DNA of 37,620 nucleotides from Thermodesulfobacteriota bacterium (GCA_041082155.1 JBDOIB010000155.1:1-37620); one strand, 5' to 3'. Shown: positions 19,453-29,253, counted from the stretch's first letter. Program-made: numbers and translations. Notes: generated by a model not told the origin, from the letters alone.

Positions 19453-20763
19453 TCAATTTTTTGCAAACAAGGCTTGGACCTTGCTTGCTGCTGCATTGGC
19501 ATGGGCCACTGTATCGGCAATATCTTTAGGCCCCTGGACACAGCCTGCTAAATAGATACCTTCGCGTTCAGTCTCCACCGGTCTCAGCTTCCTCTCTGCT
19601 TCGGTCAGAAATCCGTAGGAATCACTTTGAATCCCTAATATCTGAGCTAAGGTCTTTGCTTCCTGATGTGGGATGATCGCCGTAGCCAGAACAACAAGAT
19701 CGACAAGCACCTCTACCTTTTTCCCTGTAAGGGTGTCTACGCCCCAAACCACAATCTTTTCTCCCTCTCGGAAGATCCTTGAAACCCGTCCTCTTAAATA
19801 GAGAATCCCTTCCTCCATCGTCTGTTGAATAAATTCTTCATATCCTTTCCCCGTAGATCGAATATCCATGTAAAAGATATAGACCTGTCCCTCATGAACT
19901 TTATGTTTATACAGTCGGGCATGTTTGGCAGTATACATACAGCAAACCCTTGAGCAATAGGGCATATATCGCTCCGGATCCCTTGAGCCTGTACATTGGA
20001 TAAAAACAACCTCTTTAGGGACCTTTCCATCTGAAGGTCTTCGGATTTCTCCGTTTGTGGGTCCAGAGGCTGAGTTCAGTCTCTCAAAGGAAAGCCCATC
20101 GATCACGTCCGGTATCTCTCCATATCCATATTCTCCAAATCGTTCGATGGGCATCAGATCAAATCCGGTAGCAACAATAATCGCTCCGACCTTCTCTTCA
20201 ATGATTCGATCCTCTTGTTGATAATTGATTGCCCCGACCGGACAGATTTTTTCACACACCCGACACTTTTTCTCCAAAAAATAACGGCAGTGAGCAGGAT
20301 TGATGACGGGTTTATTGGGGACCGCTTGGGGAGAAAGCGTATAGATGGCCTTCCCCATCCCCATCCTTCGATCAAATTCAGATGGGTATTTAGAAGGACA
20401 TTTCTGTTGACAGAGACCGCATCCTGTACACTTTTCCCAATCGACATAGCTTGCTTTTTTAAGAATCTGAACGGTAAAATTTCCAGCTTCACCCTCTACT
20501 TTGACCACTTCTGAATAGGTATGAAGATGGATACGGGGATGCTGGCCTGTCTCAACCGTTTTAGGGGTAAGGGTACATTGGGCACAGTCAAGGGTAGGGA
20601 ATGTCTCGGAAAGCTGAAGCATTCGGCCCCCGATGGATGGTAATCTTTCCACCAGGAGGACCTCATATCCAGCATTGCCAATATCAATCGATGCAGTGAT
20701 TCCGGCAATTCCCCCACCGATCACCATCGCCCTTTTAATAAAACCATTCCCGGAAGAACCCAT
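19453..20763 (-). CDS. hdrA: Heterodisulfide reductase subunit A, short type (436 aa, QmoA-like architecture)
   Basis: GGGIAG, TFPTLDCAQC, inserted ferredoxin, FIQC...YCSRVCC, GPKDI; lacks the N-terminal and C-terminal Fe-S domains. Confidence 0.92.
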   Translation of the reverse strand: MGSSGNGFIKRAMVIGGGIAGITASIDIGNAGYEVLLVERLPSIGGRMLQLSETFPTLDCAQCTLTPKTVETGQHPRIHLHTYSEVVKVEGEAGNFTVQILKKASYVDWEKCTGCGLCQQKCPSKYPSEFDRRMGMGKAIYTLSPQAVPNKPVINPAHCRYFLEKKCRVCEKICPVGAINYQQEDRIIEEKVGAIIVATGFDLMPIERFGEYGYGEIPDVIDGLSFERLNSASGPTNGEIRRPSDGKVPKEVVFIQCTGSRDPERYMPYCSRVCCMYTAKHARLYKHKVHEGQVYIFYMDIRSTGKGYEEFIQQTMEEGILYLRGRVSRIFREGEKIVVWGVDTLTGKKVEVLVDLVVLATAIIPHQEAKTLAQILGIQSDSYGFLTEAERKLRPVETEREGIYLAGCVQGPKDIADTVAHANAAASKVQALFAKN

Positions 20764-20808
20764 CTCTCTCTTCTGCCTTCCTTCCCATGAAGAAGAACTG
20801 AATGGAGA

Positions 20809-21678
20809 CTAAATGAATCCTTTCCTTTTTAAAAAGGGAATTGGATCCACCGCATTCTGGTCAAACCCTAAGGCTTGAGGATCCAGTCCCATCGCCACTC
20901 CCAGGAGCTGAGTAAAATAGAGCACCGGAATCGTTTTGAAATCCAAGTGAGTCTTCAGGATATCCGATTGTTTTTGATCCAAGTTAAATGTACAGAGGGG
21001 ACAGGTCGAAACCACCACTTCGGCTCCTTGCTTCATCGCAGAAGTTAAAATTCGATAAGCACATTCCGTAGCCACCTCCGGAGAACCCACAGATTGAAAC
21101 GAGCCACAGCATTCAATCTTATATGGAAAATCGATAGGCTTTGCCCCTAATGATTCTAAAAATTCTTCGAAGAGGGTTGGCCTTTCTTTGTCATCAAAAC
21201 CCATTTCTTCAAAGGGACGGAGAAGCATACACCCATAGTATGGGGCCGCTTGAATCCCATTCAAAGGTTTTTTCACTTTTTCCTTGAGGGTTGAAAAACC
21301 AATCTCCTGTTTTAATATTTCAAGATAGTGTAAAACTTTCAGATCTCCTTGATAATTCATTTCCATAAATTGATTAATCTTCTCGCGTTTTTCTCCATCC
21401 CTCTGAAGTAAATGATTTGTCCTTTTAATGACATTAAAACAAATAGCACAAAGAGTCGTAAGGATTTCTCCCTGTTCCTTTGCTCTGGCTAAAATTCTTG
21501 CAGGAGGAAGAAGGGCCATGAGGTTATCTGTGGCTAAAGGAAAGGTGGCTCCACAACACGTCCAGTTCGGAAGTTCGACAAGTTCAAATCCGAGGAGGAG
21601 AGAACAATTTCGAGCCGTTTGATCGAAGTTCTTGGCTTTGGTATAGAGGGTGCATCCTGGAAAATAGAGATAATTCAT
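20809..21678 (-). CDS. hdrB: Heterodisulfide reductase subunit B (copy 1)
   Basis: YFPGC/WTCCGA/LCAIC and YYGC/ECCGS/TCPLC; start moved to MNYLY. Confidence 0.93.
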   Translation of the reverse strand: MNYLYFPGCTLYTKAKNFDQTARNCSLLLGFELVELPNWTCCGATFPLATDNLMALLPPARILARAKEQGEILTTLCAICFNVIKRTNHLLQRDGEKREKINQFMEMNYQGDLKVLHYLEILKQEIGFSTLKEKVKKPLNGIQAAPYYGCMLLRPFEEMGFDDKERPTLFEEFLESLGAKPIDFPYKIECCGSFQSVGSPEVATECAYRILTSAMKQGAEVVVSTCPLCTFNLDQKQSDILKTHLDFKTIPVLYFTQLLGVAMGLDPQALGFDQNAVDPIPFLKRKGFI

Positions 21679-21745
21679 AAGCAACTCCAAAATGACACAG
21701 GGCAGAGAGCAGAGCACATAGCCTTAAGCTCTATATGCCCTTCGG

Positions 21746-22159
21746 TTATGAAAGAAATTTTCTGAAACCGCTGATAAAGGCAATCTGAGGAACTCTTTCT
21801 AAAAATCCTTCTGGAAATTCAGAAATCTGAATGTAGTCTTTTCGTTCCTTCTTCCGCAGGATGATCATCCGAAGGGCATCCATCACTCGAGCAATATCAA
21901 TACCCTTAGGACATCTCGAACTGCATTGAAGGCAGGAAGCACATAGCCAGAAGGTATTGACTGAAAGGGCCTCCTCCTCCAGTCCCAACAAAGTGTATCG
22001 AATCACTTCGTGAGGTCCAATGTCCATGGCAAATGCCACGGGGCAGCCGGCGGTACAATTTCCACATTGATAACAGGCAAAGAGATTCTGTCCACTGATC
22101 CATTCCACTTTTTTTGCGAACTCATTATGAACTTTCTCTCTGGATAATTCAATTTTCAT
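21746..22159 (-). CDS. hdrC: Heterodisulfide reductase subunit C (copy 1)
   Basis: CYQCGNCTAGCP and WLCASCLQCSSRCP. Confidence 0.92.
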   Translation of the reverse strand: MKIELSREKVHNEFAKKVEWISGQNLFACYQCGNCTAGCPVAFAMDIGPHEVIRYTLLGLEEEALSVNTFWLCASCLQCSSRCPKGIDIARVMDALRMIILRKKERKDYIQISEFPEGFLERVPQIAFISGFRKFLS

Positions 22160-22175
22160 AGATTCTCCCTATGAT

Positions 22176-22733
22176 TCAGGATCTCTTATATCTTTTCTCT
22201 CCCTCTATATAAAGATCATTCCCCTCGACATCATTGATGACGATTACTGGAAAATCTTCAACCTCTAACCTCCGGATGGCCTCAGGACCCAAGTCTTCAT
22301 AGGCGACGATCTCAGCCCGTTTGATTCTTTTGGCTAAGAGCGCCCCTGCTCCACCTGTGGCTGCAAAATAGACCGCCTTATACTTCTTCATTGCCTCCTT
22401 CACCGGATCAGACCGCATTCCTTTCCCAATCATTCCTTTCAGTCCCTTTTCAATTAAGGCAGGAGAGTAGGCATCCATCCGATAACTCGTCGTGGGCCCC
22501 GCGGATCCGAAGACCCTTCCGGGCGGAGCAGGAGTCGGTCCCACATAATATATAATCTGCCCTCTAATGTCAAAAGGAAGTTCTTTCCCCTCTTTGATTA
22601 ACTCAAAGAGTCTTTTATGGGCTGCATCCCTTCCTGTGTAGAGGATTCCACTGATGAGAACTCGATCTCCAATTCTCAACCTTTCTACATCCTCTTCCCT
22701 GAGAGGCGTCTTTAAACGAATGGGCTCGGGCAT
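22176..22733 (-). CDS. Class I (Fe-S) fumarate hydratase, beta subunit
   Basis: TGRDAAH, YYVGP, GPTTSYRM, MIGKG, TGGAGAL, DLGPEA; start moved to MPEPI on SD evidence. Confidence 0.92.
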   Translation of the reverse strand: MPEPIRLKTPLREEDVERLRIGDRVLISGILYTGRDAAHKRLFELIKEGKELPFDIRGQIIYYVGPTPAPPGRVFGSAGPTTSYRMDAYSPALIEKGLKGMIGKGMRSDPVKEAMKKYKAVYFAATGGAGALLAKRIKRAEIVAYEDLGPEAIRRLEVEDFPVIVINDVEGNDLYIEGEKRYKRS

Positions 22734-22761
22734 CTCTCCTCCTCTCTCCCAATCTCTCCCT

Positions 22762-23601
22762 TTAAAGGATAATCTCTTTATGTCGATGGGCATGGCATTG
22801 AATATTGACAGCCAGAGGAAAACTGGCAATATGACAAGGCATCATCAAGAGATGAACCGCCAGAGAAGTCGTTCTCCCTCCCAATCCCTGGGGCCCTATT
22901 CCAAGCCGATTGATCTCTTCAAGAAGTTCAGACTCCAATCGGTCTAATTCGGGGTCAGGGTTTCGGCTTCCAAGGGGCCTTAGTAGACTCTTTTTTGCGA
23001 GAAGTGCGGCCTGTTCAAAATTTCCTCCAATCCCTACCCCAATGATCGTTGGGGGACAGGGATTTGAACCTGACTCTTTCACTCGCTCGACCACATATCT
23101 CTTAATGCCTTCAATGCCATCGGAAGGGGTCAGCATCACGACTCGACTCATATTTTCACTTCCCCCACCCTTTGGAGCCACAATCAGCTTTACCTTATCC
23201 CCAGGAACAATTTCTAAATGAAGAATCGGAGGAGTATTATCCCCTGTATTGGCCCGGCTGAAAGGATGGCACATAGATTTTCTCAGATATCCCTCTCGAT
23301 ATCCTTGTCTCACCCCTTCAAAGATGGCTTCCTTTAAATCTCCCCCAACAAAGTGAACCTCCTGCCCCACTTCAAGAAAGATGACGGCTACTCCTGTATC
23401 CTGACAGATAGGAACCTTTTCTTCCTTTGCAATACGGGCATTCTCCTTCAATTCCTTGAGAATCTCAATGGCCAAGGGAGATTCTTCCTTCTCAATGGCA
23501 CGATCAAATGCCTGAAGGACATCCTCACCCAAATCGGTGTTGGCTTTGATGCAAAGTTCCCTGACCTTTTCGGTAATCAATCTTACTTCGACCTGTCTCA
23601 T
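22762..23601 (-). CDS. Class I (Fe-S) fumarate hydratase, alpha subunit
   Basis: PICQDTG, YLRKS, NTGDNTP, KGGGSEN, NPCPP, GPQGLGG, NIQCHA. Confidence 0.92.
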   Translation of the reverse strand: MRQVEVRLITEKVRELCIKANTDLGEDVLQAFDRAIEKEESPLAIEILKELKENARIAKEEKVPICQDTGVAVIFLEVGQEVHFVGGDLKEAIFEGVRQGYREGYLRKSMCHPFSRANTGDNTPPILHLEIVPGDKVKLIVAPKGGGSENMSRVVMLTPSDGIEGIKRYVVERVKESGSNPCPPTIIGVGIGGNFEQAALLAKKSLLRPLGSRNPDPELDRLESELLEEINRLGIGPQGLGGRTTSLAVHLLMMPCHIASFPLAVNIQCHAHRHKEIIL

Positions 23602-23618
23602 TTCGTCTCCCTGTAGAG

Positions 23619-24563
<945 letters not shown>

Positions 24564-24591
24564 TTAAAATAAGTTCTCTGACCTTTAATCC

Positions 24592-25680
24592 TTACAATGG
24601 GTACTCAACTTGGAAGGATGTTTCATTTAAATCTTTGGGTTCCACCTGATACCCTTTGAGAGAATAACCACAGGTCTTTCGAATGACCAGCTCAGGTTTT
24701 AATAATATTTCTTTTGGGGGTCCAGTTTCAATCCCTTCAATCCTCTTTACCAATAATTCGGTAGCTATCGCCCCCATTTCAAACTTTTTCTGACCAATGG
24801 TCGATAAATCAATCCCTTTGACACCTGAAAGTTCAATGTCATTGAACCCAATGAGGGCTATTTCTTCAGGGATTCTTACCCCTTCCTCGATGAGGGCCTG
24901 ATACACTCCAATAGCCATGTAATCATTTGTGGCAAAAATAGCACTCGGAGGTTCAACCATAGAGAGAAATCTCTTCCCTCCTTGATATCCAGATTCTCTT
25001 AAGAAGTTTCCCTCCAAAAAGTATTCTTCCCGTTGTTCAATCCCATAGGCCTTAAGTGCCTTTTTCCCACCTTCCAAACGTTCGTACCCTACGGAGGAAT
25101 CGGAGGAACCTCCTACCACACCAATTCTTTGATGCCCTAACCGGATCAGATGCTCCACCGCCATGTATCCACCCAAAAGATTATCGACTCCCACATAATC
25201 GATCTTTTCCTTCACTTTGGGGTGATAGGTTCTGCGGTTCACCAGAATGATAGGGAATCCCTCATCCGCCAGTTCTATAATATTGGGGTCCCCGATATGA
25301 GCAGAGGTAAAAATAATTCCATCCACCCCTTTACTTCTGAGCATCTCGATGTATTGTTTTTCGGTGGAGAGATCATAATTGGTACTACAAAAAATAATGT
25401 TATATCCCAATTGTCTGGCAGTCGTCTCAATTCCTTGTGAGAGTTCGGTATAGAAGGGGTTAGCAATCGTGGTAATGACGAGGCCTATGGTTTTGGTTCG
25501 CTTCATCACCAGACTTCGGGCAATGAAGTTAGGTCGATAGTTGAGCTGCCTGGCAATCGAAAGGATCCTCTCTTTTGTTTCAGGTCTGATCCGAGATTTA
25601 TTATTCAGCGCTCTTGATACAGTAGTATGAGAGACATGGGCCAATCGGGCAATGTCTTTGATATTGACCTTCTTTTTCAT
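24592..25680 (-). CDS. LacI-family transcriptional regulator
   Basis: IKDIARLAHVSHTTVSRALN HTH, YRPNFIARSL hinge, periplasmic-binding-like domain (ATNDYMAIG, IGFND). Confidence 0.95.
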   Translation of the reverse strand: MKKKVNIKDIARLAHVSHTTVSRALNNKSRIRPETKERILSIARQLNYRPNFIARSLVMKRTKTIGLVITTIANPFYTELSQGIETTARQLGYNIIFCSTNYDLSTEKQYIEMLRSKGVDGIIFTSAHIGDPNIIELADEGFPIILVNRRTYHPKVKEKIDYVGVDNLLGGYMAVEHLIRLGHQRIGVVGGSSDSSVGYERLEGGKKALKAYGIEQREEYFLEGNFLRESGYQGGKRFLSMVEPPSAIFATNDYMAIGVYQALIEEGVRIPEEIALIGFNDIELSGVKGIDLSTIGQKKFEMGAIATELLVKRIEGIETGPPKEILLKPELVIRKTCGYSLKGYQVEPKDLNETSFQVEYPL

Positions 25681-25700
25681 TTTTAAATTCGATGAACAGA

Positions 25701-27188
25701 TTATGCTTTGGCTACTTCTGCTTTGGCCTTTGCGATGGCTTCATCCTCCCGTTTCACATCTTCAAGAGTCTTAGGTTTCAATTTTTCAGGAATGGGCTCC
25801 AGGCCATACTTCCATTTTAAGAATTGTATTCCTGTCTGGGGGAAAAGAGCACAGATCAGAACATCATACAGATCTCTGGCTAATCCCTTGGTCTCCTCCT
25901 TCACCTTCTCAAGCTCTGGCTCGATCAAGTCTGCAGGCCGACAGGTAATAGGTTCGGTTCCTTTTTTATACCCCTTTAGAACAAGTTTTCTAATCTCCTC
26001 AGAGATTGGAACGGGGGATCTCCCGTAGAGCCCATAGACATAATCTTGTGTCTCTTTGGAGACCATTTTATACCGACCGAACAGGGTATTAAGGACTGCC
26101 TGGACTCCTACAATCTGGGAGGTCGGAGTGACAAGTGGAGGATATCCTAAGTCTTTTCTGGTCTTCGGAAGTTCTTCATAAACCTCATTGATTCGATGGA
26201 GGGCCTTCTGTTGCTTGAGCTGGCTGACCATATTTGAAATCATTCCACCAGGAATCTGATGTCTGAGGACGTTGGTATCAATCACAGCCATCTTGGTCGT
26301 ATCAAGAAAATCACGATATTTGGGTGCAATGGTTTCCAGATATTCTCCCAATTTCAGTATCTTCTCGAGACTGAGGCCGGAATCCCACGGGGTTCCTTCC
26401 AAGGCCACAATAATAGGTTCCACCGCGGGCTGAGAGGAACGAAGGGCAAAGGGAGCCAAAGCTGTATCAATAATATCCACTCCCGCTTCGATCGCCTTGA
26501 GGTAAGTCATCGAAGCCATTCCACTGGTGTAATGGGTATGGAGTTGAATGGGAATCTTAACGGTCTCTTTTAAAGCCTTCACTAGCTCATAAGCGTCATA
26601 GGGAGCTAATAATCCAGCCATATCTTTAATACACAAGGAGTCTGCCCCCATATCCACTAAGATTTTTGCCTTTTCTATATAGTAATTCAGATTATATACG
26701 GGTCCTCCCATTCTCCTTTCTGTTAATGAATAACAGATCGTTCCTTGAATATGTTTTCCACATCTTTTAATCACTTTAAAAGGAGTTTCAAAATTCCTTT
26801 CGTCATTGACAGCATCGAAACATCTAAAAATATCGATCCCTACCTCAGCTGCCTTTTCAATAAAGGCCTCAGCTACATCATCAGGATAGTTTCGATAACC
26901 CACCAAATTTTGCCCTCTCAGGAGCATCTGAAAGGGAGTTCGGGGCATGAGTTTTTTTAATGTCCTCACCCTCTCCCAAGGATCTTCTGCCAAAAATCGG
27001 TGAGCCACATCAAAGGTGGCTCCTCCCCACATCTCCACGGAGTGGAATCCTATCTGATCCAGTTCTTCAGCAATCGGGATCATATCTTCGGTTCTCATTC
27101 TCGTGGCCAGCGAAGATTGGTGACCATCCCTAAAAGTAGTATCTGTTATTTTTATTGGCTTCTTTGGGATTTTTTCCATTCCTTCCAT
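25701..27188 (-). CDS. Pyruvate/oxaloacetate carboxyltransferase (PycB/OadA/transcarboxylase 5S-like), no biotin-carrier domain
   Basis: RDGHQS, EMWGGATFD, MLLRGQNLVGY, IKDMAG, LHTHYT, QIPGGM, PLVTPTSQIVG; no EAMKM motif. Start at ATG 27188 after AAGGAG. Confidence 0.92.
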   Translation of the reverse strand: MEGMEKIPKKPIKITDTTFRDGHQSSLATRMRTEDMIPIAEELDQIGFHSVEMWGGATFDVAHRFLAEDPWERVRTLKKLMPRTPFQMLLRGQNLVGYRNYPDDVAEAFIEKAAEVGIDIFRCFDAVNDERNFETPFKVIKRCGKHIQGTICYSLTERRMGGPVYNLNYYIEKAKILVDMGADSLCIKDMAGLLAPYDAYELVKALKETVKIPIQLHTHYTSGMASMTYLKAIEAGVDIIDTALAPFALRSSQPAVEPIIVALEGTPWDSGLSLEKILKLGEYLETIAPKYRDFLDTTKMAVIDTNVLRHQIPGGMISNMVSQLKQQKALHRINEVYEELPKTRKDLGYPPLVTPTSQIVGVQAVLNTLFGRYKMVSKETQDYVYGLYGRSPVPISEEIRKLVLKGYKKGTEPITCRPADLIEPELEKVKEETKGLARDLYDVLICALFPQTGIQFLKWKYGLEPIPEKLKPKTLEDVKREDEAIAKAKAEVAKA

Positions 27189-27227
27189 TTTTTTCACTCC
27201 TTTCAAATCAATTTTATGATTTAATGC

Positions 27228-27239
27228 GTTAACGTTAAC
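27228..27239. promoter_or_regulatory. Putative LacI-family operator
   Basis: Perfect palindrome GTTAACGTTAAC with central CG, overlapping the predicted transcription start. Confidence 0.75.
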
Positions 27240-27242
27240 ATC

Positions 27243-27272
27243 AAATTAACATTAAAATAAACCCTTTGTCAA
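27243..27272 (-). promoter_or_regulatory. sigma70-type promoter of the C4/Hdr cluster
   Basis: TTGACA (27272-27267), 18 nt, TGn-TAATTT (27248-27243), AT-rich UP-like region upstream. Confidence 0.65.
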
Positions 27273-27349
27273 GAAAAAAAGAAATTTTTGTTTACATTTT
27301 AATTTTTTTTTAAAATTCAATAACTTAAAAAATATTTAAAAATTTTTGT

Positions 27350-27685
27350 TTAATGAAGAATTCCATCGGTCTGGGGCCTTATTTTAAAAGGACCTTCCCA
27401 AGGGTGTTTGATTTCCTCTATAAATCTATCTCGACAGCTTTTACAAAGCACTAAAGTGAATTCTTCATAAACCTCTTTCTCTAACTCTTCAGCATCTCGA
27501 CCTTCGACCTGTTCAAACAATTTTTTTAATTGATCATCGACACCTTCTTCAGGTTCTATTAAATAACCATCAAAACCCGCAAACACTTCGATGCTCACAA
27601 CATAGGAAAGACTTCCGGGTGGAAGTTCCTTCCCGCATCGAAAACATTTCGTCCGACTTATTTCTTCCAATCCTTGATCTTTCAT
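27350..27685 (-). CDS. Hypothetical protein with two CxxC pairs (possible zinc ribbon)
   Basis: CFRCG near the N-terminus, LCKSC near the C-terminus, acidic middle; GAGG-type SD; directly downstream of trmFO. Confidence 0.75.
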   Translation of the reverse strand: MKDQGLEEISRTKCFRCGKELPPGSLSYVVSIEVFAGFDGYLIEPEEGVDDQLKKLFEQVEGRDAEELEKEVYEEFTLVLCKSCRDRFIEEIKHPWEGPFKIRPQTDGILH

Positions 27686-27699
27686 TTCCTCTTCCTTCC

Positions 27700-29007
27700 T
27701 TAAAGATTATATTTCTCCTTCCATTTACTTAATTCTTCCAATGCCCGTTGACCCAATAAAATCCGTTTCCGACGGCCCCTGACATTTTCCCTCAGGGGAG
27801 GAAACAGCCCAAAATTGATGTTCATAGGTTGAAAAGGAAAATTTTTATAATGACAAATATAATGGAGTAAAGCACCAATAGCAGTGGTTCGTGGAGGAAA
27901 GATAGGATCCTTTCCCTGAAGATGGCGAAGTGCATTTAAACCGGCTAAAAGTCCCATTGCTGTGGATTCTAAGTAACCCTCCACTCCTACAATCTGGCCT
28001 GCCATATAGAGGTGAGGCTGAGTTCTTAATTGGAGAGAGGGAAGTAATAATCGCGGAGAATCGATAAAAGTATTTCGATGAACAGAACCCCATCGAACAA
28101 ACTCCGCTTCTTCGAGACCGGGAATCATCCGAAAAATTCTCTTCTGTTCGCTCTGCTTTAATCGAGTCTGAAATCCTACGAGGTTATACAGGGTTCCAAA
28201 CTCATCCTCCTGTCTGAGTTGAACGACAGCAAAAGGTTGCCTCTTCGTTCTTGGATCCATGAGGCCTACCGGACGAAGTGGACCAAAGGCCAAAGTCTCT
28301 TTTCCTCGAATAGCCAGTTCTTCAATAGGAAGGCATCCCTCAAAGAGATATCTTTTTTCAAAATCCCTCAACTGAACTTTTTCGGCACGAACCAATTCAT
28401 CTACAAATCGATAGTAAGTCTCCTCATCCATTGGACAATTGAGATAATCTTCCCCTCCCCTACCGTATCTTGAAGCTCGAAACGTCTTTTCGAGGTTAAT
28501 GGATTCATAAGTAATAATGGGTGAGATGGCATCATAGAAAAATAGATTCCGATCCCCTGTCACCTTCTGGATTTCAATACTTAAGGCTTCAGAGGTAAGA
28601 GGGCCTGTGGCAATGATCGTTAAACGGTCTTTGGGCAATGATTTGACTTCTTCTCGTATAATCTCTACTCCCTCAAGGTTTTCTATGATTTGGGTGATTT
28701 TCTTTGAAAATTGTTCCCGATCGACAGCCAAAGATTCTCCTGCAGGGACTCGGGTCTCTCTGGCTATTTTTAAAATAAGAGAATCGAGCAGGTGGAGCTC
28801 TTCCTTTAAGATACCGGAGGCATTTTCAAAGGATTCTGATTTTAAGGAGTTACTACAGACCAGCTCTGCAAAGTAAGGGGACCGATGAGCGGAAGAGTAA
28901 ACGGTAGGTTTCATCTCATAAAGAATGACTCGGCCTCCTCTTTTGGCAATCTGCCAGGTGGCCTCACACCCGGCCAGGCCTGCTCCAATGACCGTGATCG
29001 ATTCCAT
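27700..29007 (-). CDS. trmFO: FAD/folate-dependent tRNA (uracil-54)-methyltransferase
   Basis: GAGLAG, ELVCSNS, FYDAISP, YLNCPM, FEGCLPIE, FGPLRPVGL, VGFQTRL, HRNTF, GVEGY, FQPMNINFG. Confidence 0.96.
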   Translation of the reverse strand: MESITVIGAGLAGCEATWQIAKRGGRVILYEMKPTVYSSAHRSPYFAELVCSNSLKSESFENASGILKEELHLLDSLILKIARETRVPAGESLAVDREQFSKKITQIIENLEGVEIIREEVKSLPKDRLTIIATGPLTSEALSIEIQKVTGDRNLFFYDAISPIITYESINLEKTFRASRYGRGGEDYLNCPMDEETYYRFVDELVRAEKVQLRDFEKRYLFEGCLPIEELAIRGKETLAFGPLRPVGLMDPRTKRQPFAVVQLRQEDEFGTLYNLVGFQTRLKQSEQKRIFRMIPGLEEAEFVRWGSVHRNTFIDSPRLLLPSLQLRTQPHLYMAGQIVGVEGYLESTAMGLLAGLNALRHLQGKDPIFPPRTTAIGALLHYICHYKNFPFQPMNINFGLFPPLRENVRGRRKRILLGQRALEELSKWKEKYNL

Positions 29008-29253
29008 CAGCTTTATTTTATGTCTTCTTTACTCGATTTGCAAACCCTATGGGTTACTCCTCGGGTCGAAGGTTCTACGTCCTTCTTAGGTGGTGAATAG
29101 ACCCTTTAGGAATTGAAGTTAATCGGAAAAGAAATACAAAAATTTCAGGACTACCCGGCTGACCAAAGAGAGATCATAGGATCAAATAAGAAGGACGTCT
29201 GAGGAAGGATCAAGGGTGGGATTCTCGAGGGAAGACGTTGATCTCGAAGGGAA

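Noticed and set aside
12495-20763. Selenocysteine recoding in HdrA or MvhD
   Set aside because: The ORFs are uninterrupted and the positions that can carry Sec are Cys or absent; no in-frame TGA is needed.
19453-20763. Short hdrA as a pseudogene fragment
   Set aside because: Clean start with SD, complete FAD domain and all motifs; its losses complement the neighbouring paralogue.
17470-20763. Calling the hdrA pair qmoAB
   Set aside because: No aprAB or qmoC nearby, no MvhD domain fused to the long subunit, and hdrBC are adjacent.
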